Source of the DNA: an uncultured Acidimicrobiales bacterium
GTDB taxonomy: Bacteria > Actinomycetota > Acidimicrobiia > Acidimicrobiales > UBA8190
Direction: 5' to 3'
NCBI GenBank assembly: GCA_963764205.1
Contig: CAVXRN010000001.1
Coordinates: forward strand, 29,987-93,986
Length of the DNA stretch: 64,000 nt
Every line of letters begins with the position of its first letter. Within the stretch, counting starts at the first letter, position 1. Below are positions 45,302 to 52,821 of this stretch, in pieces. Below the pieces are notes generated by a model that was not told where the DNA came from, ran no database searches, and saw nothing but the letters and a program-made list of their open reading frames with translations. A program made the translations under genes and the position numbers.

Positions 45302-46271
45302 CCCGAGCCAGGAGCTCCGCTGCTGCGCCTTCGAACCGGACCTCGCCCTTCTCCATGAAGTAGGCCCGCTGTGCGATGGTGAGCGCGACGTTGACCGACT
45401 GCTCCACCAGAATGACGGGGCATCCCTCGGCGTGTATGGCCCGGACGATGTCCAGGAGTTGCTCCACGACGGCCGGGGCCAGGCCGAGCGAGAGCTCGTC
45501 GATGATGAGCAGCCGGGGCTTGGCCACGAATGCCATGCCCAGACCGAGCTGCTGCTGTTCGCCGCCCGAGAGGTTCCCCGCCATCTGGTGCCAGCGTTCT
45601 TTGAGGCGCGGGAACAACTCCAGCACCCGCTGCGTGCGGGCGTGGACCTCGGCCGCGTCCTCCTTGGCGAACAACCACGCCGCGGCCTTGAAGTGCTCGG
45701 CCACCGTGAGCGTGGGGAACACCGCTCGGCCCCCGGGCACCTGCACGATCCCCAACCGGGCGCGCTCGACCGGATCGGCGTGTGTGATGTCTCGACCGTC
45801 GAAGACGATGGAGCCGTCGATCGGCTGCACCAGTCCGGAGACCGCCTTCAACAGCGTGGACTTGCCGGCCCCGTTGGTGCCCAGGAGGGCGACGATCTCG
45901 TCCGGGCGGATCTCCATGTCGACCCCGAACAACACGCGCACTTTGTCGTAGGCGACGTGCACGCCTCGGCACACGAGAAGCGGAGGTCCCCCCGGCGGGC
46001 CAGTGGACGCGACAGTTGGCGGAACCGGGGCCACAGCGGTGACCGGTGCGGGAGGCACGCTGTCGACAAAGGGTGCTGGTGGGGGAGGCACGGTGACGAC
46101 GAACGGTGCTCGTGGGGGAGGCACGGTGGCGACGAACGGTGCGGTCGCCGGAGTGTGGGCGGGTGCCCGAGCCGAGGTGTCGCCTCTCAGGGCGAGCCAG
46201 TGGCGGACGTCGAAGGAGAGCCCGAACACCAACGCCGCTACCACGGCGAGCCAGACGATGACGGTGATCAC
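44766..46271 (-). CDS. ABC transporter ATP-binding domain, LivF-like, with an N-terminal TM/Pro-repeat extension and no proper stop
   Basis: GTG 46271 overlaps the permease stop (GTGA). It has GTNGAGKST, LSGGEQQ and IIDELSLGL. The expected C-terminus (...LLRSVFLEG, ~45270) is not followed by a stop, and the frame runs to 44766, out of frame through the LivG-like gene. Confidence 0.7.
   Translation of the reverse strand: MITVIVWLAVVAALVFGLSFDVRHWLALRGDTSARAPAHTPATAPFVATVPPPRAPFVVTVPPPPAPFVDSVPPAPVTAVAPVPPTVASTGPPGGPPLLVCRGVHVAYDKVRVLFGVDMEIRPDEIVALLGTNGAGKSTLLKAVSGLVQPIDGSIVFDGRDITHADPVERARLGIVQVPGGRAVFPTLTVAEHFKAAAWLFAKEDAAEVHARTQRVLELFPRLKERWHQMAGNLSGGEQQQLGLGMAFVAKPRLLIIDELSLGLAPAVVEQLLDIVRAIHAEGCPVILVEQSVNVALTIAQRAYFMEKGEVRFEGAAAELLARGDLLRSVFLEGTRQRYACRQRHHRRQRCARPCRAVRRPDVSERCSRSPCVAAGRPCDARPHQALRRDRRRRRGLPRAASGRDARPDRSQRRGQDDGLGPHLRGPPRRRRSDRAGRRRHRHVVGQPPVGGRPGAIVPGRSHLLVAHRRGEHRHGSRTTHRLARPSGGTARPPHDPAVRA
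46047..46142 (-). repeat. 33-nt in-frame tandem repeat (30+33+33 nt) encoding APFV.(T/S)VPP(P)(P/R)
   Basis: Plus-strand units lie at 46047-46076, 46077-46109 and 46110-46142. Confidence 0.9.
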
Positions 46272-48625
46272 GGCACGACCGCGCTGTGCGGAGCGGGCGG
46301 TGGCGGCGACGGGCGCGGGCCGGCGGCGGACGGCACCCCGGCGTGCGCTGTGTCGGCTGCAAAGGCTGCGTCGGTTGCGAGGGCTGCGTCGGCTGCAAGG
46401 GCCGTCTCGGCAGCAAAGGCGGTGTCGCCAGCAAAGGCGGTCTCGGCCAGGGGCGCCGGGAGGAGGCCCGAGGGCACGGGGAGGGGAGCGGGGCTCGCAT
46501 CGGGATCTGCCGCCAGCGCCGGGACCGTGACCCCTCGACGCCTCGCCACCCACCGCAGCCAGTCGTCACGCACGCGCATGCCCAGATCGGCGGATCCGCC
46601 CGGGTTGAAGTAGGCGCTGATGAGCAGGACCGGGCCGGTCAGCAGGAGCGGGAGGGTGGTCTCGATGGTGGTGGAGTGGAACAGGTCGTAGACGCGGGGT
46701 CCGAACACCACCGCCACCTCGATGAGCATGGCACCCGCGACGGCCCACGGAACCGAGCTCACGCCGGCGATGGCCACGGCGAGGAAGATGGTGATGCTGG
46801 CCTCGGGCGCGAAGGTCCCGGGCACGACGTTCTCCTGCGCGTAGGCGAAGAGCACCCCGGCCAACCCGGCGATCCCACCTGAGATGGCGAACGCCGCCAG
46901 CCGGGTGCGCGCCGGGTTGACGGCGAATGCGGCCGCGGCTCGCTCGTTGTCGCGCAGGGCGATCAACACCCGGCCGGACCGGTTCCGGCGAAAGGCGAGG
47001 GCCGCCACCATCACGAGGGCCAGGAACACGAGGCAGACGTAGTAGAAGGCCCGATCCCCCGAAAGGTCGATGCGGCCGTACAGCACGGGGCGGCTCAGGT
47101 GCGCGGACAGGCCGGACGGCAGGATGTGGGCGCCGATCCAGTAGTGCCCGTTGAGGAGGTAGTTCGGCACGGCGTAGCCGAAGGCGAGGGTCGTGACGGC
47201 GAGATAGAGACCCTGGACCCGCAGCGACGGCAAGCCGACGATCACCGCCGCGACGACACCGGTGAGGATGCCGACGCCCAACGCGGCGAAGAAGTCGATG
47301 TTGTGGTTGGCGACGAGACCCCCGGCCACACCCGCGGACACACCCACGAGGCCGAACTGCCCGAGGCTGATCTGCCCCGCCCACCCCGTCAGCACGACCA
47401 GGGACACCGCCACGATCCCGTACAGGGGGAGCAGGAGCAGGTACGAGACGTTGTCCACGCCCAGGAGGTAGGGGAGCGCGACCATGAGGCCGGCGCCGGC
47501 CACGACCATGCCCCAGCGGGCCGCGGCGACCTCAGGGAGCTTGCGCAGCTCGGCGGGAATGCGCCGATACTGCTTGACGGTCTGCCACCGGTCCTCGCTC
47601 GCGTCCAGGGCTCGTGCCGTCCGGCGGGGCTGGGTCAGCAGCGCCCCCAAGATGACGAGCACCATGATCGACGACGAGATGCTGTTGTCGCCGGAGCTGA
47701 TGATCGTGGCCGTGATGAGCACACCGATGGCCATCCCCGCCGCCAGCGCGACCCCGAAACGCTCCATGCGGGCCACCACCGCGGCCGTGAGGGCGTAGAG
47801 CAGGGTGTCGAGGCCCAACGTGGCGTCGTTCGGTGTCCCGATGAGCGGCGCCTGGATGTAGATCGCCAGCGCCGCCAGCAGGCCCGCCAGTGCCCAGGCC
47901 ACGGCGCTGACTCGGCGGACCGGGATGCCCAACAGGAGCGCCCGGTCGGCGTTCTCGGCCGAGGCGCGCAGCGCGATGCCGAGCCGCGTCAGGCGCAGGA
48001 ACGCCGCGAGGCCGACGGTCACCACCGCGACGGTGAGAAATGCCGCGATCTCGTTCCCCGTGAGCAGCGGCTGCCCCCGGCTCGTGTGCCACACCAGGTG
48101 CTGCCACGGTGTCGTGACCGTCGTCCCCTGGCTGGTGGCGCTCTGCCCCAGCCACACCGGGATGAAGAACCCGAGGATGGCCAGGCTCTGTGCCACCGCG
48201 ATCGTCATCACCGTGGCGATGAGCCGGGGCGTGCTGTCGAACCGGCGCATGACGACGTCGACGAGCAGTCCCAGGACCGGGCCCCCCACCAGCACGATGG
48301 GCAGGACGGCGAGATAGTTGACGCCGTACTCCAACACGAGCACGAGGGCGATCACCGCGGGCACGGCACCGACTGCGCCCGCGGCGAAGTTGATGATGCG
48401 CGATGTGCGGTAGATGAGGACGATCCCGACCCCGATGATCCCGTAGAGCGAGCCCAACGCCAACCCCGAGACGAAGTCGGGAGCCGAGAGCCCGAAGATG
48501 AGCTCGATGACCGCGATGAACACCGCGATCGCCGTCAACCACCGGCCGGCCCGCGCCGGCCAGCTGGGCCCGCGGGCCGCCTCGGCCACGGGGGCGAGCG
48601 TCCGGGGGAGCAGCGACGTCGTCAC
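46268..48625 (-). CDS. fused LivH+LivM-type branched-chain-amino-acid ABC permease with an Ala-rich C-terminal tail
   Basis: 785 aa from GTG 48625, which makes a GTGA overlap with the SBP stop. It has two permease halves (..GIVLIYRTSRIINFAAG.. and ..TGWAGQISLGQFGLVG..). The tail reads ETAFAGDTAFAAETALAADAALATDAAFAADTAHAG. Confidence 0.85.
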   Translation of the reverse strand: MTTSLLPRTLAPVAEAARGPSWPARAGRWLTAIAVFIAVIELIFGLSAPDFVSGLALGSLYGIIGVGIVLIYRTSRIINFAAGAVGAVPAVIALVLVLEYGVNYLAVLPIVLVGGPVLGLLVDVVMRRFDSTPRLIATVMTIAVAQSLAILGFFIPVWLGQSATSQGTTVTTPWQHLVWHTSRGQPLLTGNEIAAFLTVAVVTVGLAAFLRLTRLGIALRASAENADRALLLGIPVRRVSAVAWALAGLLAALAIYIQAPLIGTPNDATLGLDTLLYALTAAVVARMERFGVALAAGMAIGVLITATIISSGDNSISSSIMVLVILGALLTQPRRTARALDASEDRWQTVKQYRRIPAELRKLPEVAAARWGMVVAGAGLMVALPYLLGVDNVSYLLLLPLYGIVAVSLVVLTGWAGQISLGQFGLVGVSAGVAGGLVANHNIDFFAALGVGILTGVVAAVIVGLPSLRVQGLYLAVTTLAFGYAVPNYLLNGHYWIGAHILPSGLSAHLSRPVLYGRIDLSGDRAFYYVCLVFLALVMVAALAFRRNRSGRVLIALRDNERAAAAFAVNPARTRLAAFAISGGIAGLAGVLFAYAQENVVPGTFAPEASITIFLAVAIAGVSSVPWAVAGAMLIEVAVVFGPRVYDLFHSTTIETTLPLLLTGPVLLISAYFNPGGSADLGMRVRDDWLRWVARRRGVTVPALAADPDASPAPLPVPSGLLPAPLAETAFAGDTAFAAETALAADAALATDAAFAADTAHAGVPSAAGPRPSPPPPAPHSAVVP

Positions 48626-50277
48626 GACCGGTCCTTCGGGATCGGCGGTTCCGAGAGCTTGGGGAACTTGTCCGGCAAGAACCGCGAACCCTCGATGTCG
48701 ATGAAGGTGCCGGGCTTGCCGTCGTAGGTCGAGGGTGTGGTCTTGGACCAGTAGACCACCGCAGCGTCGATCGTCCAGTCGTAGTTGCCCTTGGGGAAAC
48801 CGAATTCGGGGTGGCCCGTTGTCCCCCCACCCATCGTCCCCATCGAAGGGGCGGCGGCCGCCATCCGGGCCGGGGTGAGATCGGGGCCGGTGTTCTCGAT
48901 GAGGCTCGCCAGCATGTTCCACAGCTCCCACGCGCCGGTGGCCACGTAGGGCTTCATCGGGAGGTTCGTCCCCCCGCCGAGCCGGTAGGTGATCGGGCCC
49001 GCTTCTTTTGCCGGCGGGGCGAGGGAGGCGGCCGACGTGATCCCGAAGGCGTTGTCGAACTCACAGCCGGCCTGCCATTGCGGGCAGGCGAGCGATTGCT
49101 GGGTTGCCGTGGACTCGAAGTCCTGGGCCAGGGCGTCGACGCCCATGCCCTGCACGTCGGCCAGGATGTTCTCGGGGTAGTAGTTGTGCTGCTGCTCCCC
49201 GGAGTACAGCAGCTCGGGGGCGACGGGGTCACAGAGACACACGATGTCGGTGGCGGGGTCGGTGGGCGTGTCCATGGCAGAGACCCCCGCACTGATCTGC
49301 TGGGCGGCCGTGCTGATGTCTTGGGAATAGAAGTAGTGGTGCTGGGCGACGCTTGCCCCGTCGCCGCAGTCGTGGTTGAGCGCAGGGACGAGGACATTGG
49401 TCACGGTGTCCTCGTTGTCGGGGTCGTTGGTCGAGATCACCCCCAGGACCCGCTTCTGGCCGTTGAGGTCCTGGGCGGAGTTCTTGTCCTCGGCGAAACT
49501 CACCACCCGGTCGCTGTCCTTGCTCGTCAACTGATTGCACCAGAACTTGGCGAAGCCCTCCTCGATGGAGGTCGAGCTCTCCCCGGGTGACCAGAAATAC
49601 GGGGCGTTGGCCTGGGCGAAGGCGGTGCTGAAGCCGACGCCGCCGAGGGCGATGGTGTGGTCTTGCGCGAGACGCGCGAAGCACACCGAGCAGAGCGTGG
49701 TGCCCCAGGCGACAGCGTAGGGATGGTAGGTCTGGACGATGGTGTCCATCTCGGCCAGCAAGCAGCCCGTGTCCGGAGGCACGGTCTGGCACGTGCTGTT
49801 GTAGGTCACGATCTTGATCTTGCGCCCCCACAGCACGTAGTGGGAGTTCACGAAGTTCTGGAACGCCGCGTTCACCTGCTTCGTCTGGGTGTAGTCGACA
49901 TAGAGCCCCTCGCCCCGGAGGATGGTGTCCACGATGCCGCCCGCGTCGGCGTAGTAGTCGACCACGGTGATCGTCTTGCCCGTCACCCCCGGGGAGGTGT
50001 CACCACCGTTGTCGTAGCTCCCGCCGATCGACCCGGGCGTACACGGAGGGGCGTAGTAGTCGATCGACGTCGAGAACTCCCGGCCACCGACGCAGTGGGT
50101 GCGGTCACCGGTTCCTCCGGCGGTTCCCGAGAAGCCGACCGCGGTGCTCGCCCCGACCGAGCTCGACGCCGAGGCGCCCTGACCGGGGGAGGTCGAGGGG
50201 TACAGGACGATGATGAGCACCTGCGCCGCGAGAAGGAGGGCCAAGGGGAGATACCCCCGGACCGCGCGCCGGTTCAT
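48622..50277 (-). CDS. ABC transporter substrate-binding protein (type-1 PBP, divergent, Cys-rich)
   Basis: 551 aa from ATG 50277. It has an N-terminal anchor (LPLALLLAAQVLIIVLYP), operon context and many Cys residues. The assignment rests on context plus general PBP1-like strings (KTITVVDYY, RVLGVISTNDP). Confidence 0.7.
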   Translation of the reverse strand: MNRRAVRGYLPLALLLAAQVLIIVLYPSTSPGQGASASSSVGASTAVGFSGTAGGTGDRTHCVGGREFSTSIDYYAPPCTPGSIGGSYDNGGDTSPGVTGKTITVVDYYADAGGIVDTILRGEGLYVDYTQTKQVNAAFQNFVNSHYVLWGRKIKIVTYNSTCQTVPPDTGCLLAEMDTIVQTYHPYAVAWGTTLCSVCFARLAQDHTIALGGVGFSTAFAQANAPYFWSPGESSTSIEEGFAKFWCNQLTSKDSDRVVSFAEDKNSAQDLNGQKRVLGVISTNDPDNEDTVTNVLVPALNHDCGDGASVAQHHYFYSQDISTAAQQISAGVSAMDTPTDPATDIVCLCDPVAPELLYSGEQQHNYYPENILADVQGMGVDALAQDFESTATQQSLACPQWQAGCEFDNAFGITSAASLAPPAKEAGPITYRLGGGTNLPMKPYVATGAWELWNMLASLIENTGPDLTPARMAAAAPSMGTMGGGTTGHPEFGFPKGNYDWTIDAAVVYWSKTTPSTYDGKPGTFIDIEGSRFLPDKFPKLSEPPIPKDRS

Positions 50278-50449
50278 CGGCCTCGTCTCCGGCCAACCCC
50301 CATACGTCCCCCACTCCCCCTTGGGTCGAATGTACATCCGTCTGTGTGTGGAGGGGTTTTCGCGTGGCCCGTCCACCACTGCTTGCGGACACAAGGATCG
50401 GGGTCCCTCACGGCTTCAGACGGTCGGCGGGGGCGCCGATAACGCCACG

Positions 50450-52816
50450 GTGGTGGGCACGGGCACAACGTCGCGGAGCGAGACGCGGGCCGAACAGGAC
50501 CGTGACGACCTCGACGCAGCGCGACCGGGGCCCGGGACAAGGTTGAGCGGCTACGCGCCGATTCTCTTGGTCCACACCATCGAGACGCTGGCGGTGGTGA
50601 CGCTGCTCATCGTGCGGCACTTCGGGATCGTCGCAAACGAACCATGGTGGATGTACGCGAGCGTCATCGTCGGCTCGTCCCTGGTCAGTCGACGGCTTGA
50701 AGGATGGTCCTATGCCCCCCGTGGGTCTGTGCGACTGCACGTGCGCGTCTGCTTCCACGCGCTGACGGTCTTCGCCGTGATCTACCTCACGGGCTGGGGA
50801 CCCGCGCTCGGCTTGTGCTTCGTCTACGCCGCGCTGGTCGACATTCAGCAGTCCGGCCCCGCGTCATGGCGGGCCGTTCTGGGATGGTCGCTCGTGTGTT
50901 GCGGACTGGGCCAGTTCTTGGTCTTCGAGGGATGGATGCCGTCGTTCTTGAGCCGTTCTGATGCGCAGTCTCTGGGATTTTTGGGGGCCATCGCATTCTC
51001 GATCGTGATCATCATGGCGGGGTCGATCGGCGAGGCCAAACAGCGTGCGGACGAGCTCCTCGCTTCGGCGCGCGACGAGGCGCTGCGTCGGGAGGCGCAT
51101 CACCGAGCGGTGGTGGACCATGCGGCGGAGGGGATTCTCACGGTCGGCTCCGATGGCTCGATCCTGTCGTTCAACGCGGCCGCCGAGAAGATGTTCGGCT
51201 GGACCGCAGAAGCGATCGTGGGACAGCCAGTGGCTCGGATCGTGCCGGCCGCACTCGATCAGCATGTCGCCAACTACCTCGTCGCGTGCCAGGACAACCC
51301 CGGCGACGCGCAGCGCCACGGCGTGGAGGTCGAGGGCGTCCGCCGCGACGGGATGCACTTCCCCATGAGTCTCTCGCTGAGCGCGATCACGTCCAAAGAC
51401 GGCCCGGTGGTCATCTCCGGGATCGTCCGGGATCTTTCGGAGAACAAGCGCTTCGAAGCCCAGCTCGCCTTCCAGGCCCTTCATGATCCCCTCACCGGCC
51501 TGCCCAACCGGATCATGCTGGCGGACAGGCTCAACCAGACCCTGGCGCGCGTGCGTCGGCACCATCGCATGTGCGGCGTCCTCTATGTCGACCTGGACCG
51601 ATTCAAGTCGGTCAACGACACCCTGGGCCACGGCATCGGAGATCAGCTCCTGATGGAGGCCGCCGCTCGGATCCAGAGCACCGTCCGTGAGACCGACACG
51701 GTGGCCCGGCTCGGTGGTGACGAGTTCGTCGTGCTGTGCGAGGACGTCGAAGGCCTTCACCACGCCACCGACATGGCCCAGCGCCTGATCACGGCGTTTC
51801 AGCGTCCATTTCGGCTCGACGACGACGATGTGCACGTCGGCGCCAGCATCGGCATCGCCTATTCGGTCGACGGGACCGAGACGTCGGACAAGATGCTGGC
51901 CAACGCCGACATCGCCATGTACCGGGCAAAGAAGAACGGGCGAGCCTGCTACGAGCTCTTCGACGAGGAGATGCAGCACTGGATCAGCACGACGGTCAAG
52001 CGCGAGGCCGCGCTGCGCCACGCCGTCCCTCGGAACGAGCTCGTGCTGTACTCCCAACCGATCGTCGCAGCCGACAGCGGCCTCGTCCGAGGGTTCGAGG
52101 CGCTCGTGCGGTGGGACCGCCCCGGCTTCGGCCGTGTGCTTCCCGACAGTTTCATCCCCACGGCGGAAGAGACCGGCCTGATTCTCGACATCGGCGGCTG
52201 GGTTCTCGACGAGTCGTGCCGACACGCGGCGAGCTGGGCGCAGCGGTGGCCCGACAAGGAACTGCGCGTCGCTGTGAACGTCTCGGGTCGTCAGCTGATG
52301 TCGGGCAACTTCGTCGACGTCGTGTCCGACGTCCTGGACCGCACGAGCCTCGACCCTGCGCTGCTCACGCTGGAGCTGACCGAGAGCACGCTCATCGACG
52401 ACGCCATCAGCGTGGCCCCGCTGCTGCACGAGCTCCGAAGCGTCGGCGTCAACCTGGCTCTCGACGACTTCGGCACCGGGTACTCGTCGCTCACCTACCT
52501 GCGCACCTTTCCTTTCAACGTCATCAAGATCGACCGGTCATTCATTCGCAACGTCGGCGCCGACCAGGACGACACCGCCATCGCGGCCGCGGTGATCGGG
52601 CTGGCCGACGACCTCGGTCTCGTCGTCATCGCCGAAGGTGTCGAAACACCTGAGCAGCTTGCCGTGCTCCGCCAACTGGAATGTCACTTTGTGCAGGGCT
52701 ATCTCTTCGCTGTTCCGCAGCCCATCGACGAAGCAGCCCTGGTGCTGGAGAGCTCCGGCCTCGCCCTTGCCGGCCCCTCCGATGTCACCACGGCATTGGG
52801 GCCGTCGGCACCGTGA
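50450..52816 (+). CDS. membrane PAS-GGDEF-EAL c-di-GMP signalling protein
   Basis: It has N-terminal TM helices, a PAS domain (AAEGILTVGSDGSILSFNAAAEKMFGW), RLGGDEF with an RETD I-site, and an EAL domain (GFEALVRW ... DDFGTGYSSL). The start is uncertain: GTG 50450, or the upstream in-frame ATG 50330. Confidence 0.9.
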   Translation: MVGTGTTSRSETRAEQDRDDLDAARPGPGTRLSGYAPILLVHTIETLAVVTLLIVRHFGIVANEPWWMYASVIVGSSLVSRRLEGWSYAPRGSVRLHVRVCFHALTVFAVIYLTGWGPALGLCFVYAALVDIQQSGPASWRAVLGWSLVCCGLGQFLVFEGWMPSFLSRSDAQSLGFLGAIAFSIVIIMAGSIGEAKQRADELLASARDEALRREAHHRAVVDHAAEGILTVGSDGSILSFNAAAEKMFGWTAEAIVGQPVARIVPAALDQHVANYLVACQDNPGDAQRHGVEVEGVRRDGMHFPMSLSLSAITSKDGPVVISGIVRDLSENKRFEAQLAFQALHDPLTGLPNRIMLADRLNQTLARVRRHHRMCGVLYVDLDRFKSVNDTLGHGIGDQLLMEAAARIQSTVRETDTVARLGGDEFVVLCEDVEGLHHATDMAQRLITAFQRPFRLDDDDVHVGASIGIAYSVDGTETSDKMLANADIAMYRAKKNGRACYELFDEEMQHWISTTVKREAALRHAVPRNELVLYSQPIVAADSGLVRGFEALVRWDRPGFGRVLPDSFIPTAEETGLILDIGGWVLDESCRHAASWAQRWPDKELRVAVNVSGRQLMSGNFVDVVSDVLDRTSLDPALLTLELTESTLIDDAISVAPLLHELRSVGVNLALDDFGTGYSSLTYLRTFPFNVIKIDRSFIRNVGADQDDTAIAAAVIGLADDLGLVVIAEGVETPEQLAVLRQLECHFVQGYLFAVPQPIDEAALVLESSGLALAGPSDVTTALGPSAP

Positions 52817-52821
52817 GTCGC

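Noticed and set aside
50297-50320. A G-quadruplex on the minus strand.
   Set aside because: There are only three G5 tracts, and the fourth tract is GG, so a canonical four-tract G4 is not supported. The site is kept only as a G-rich leader observation.
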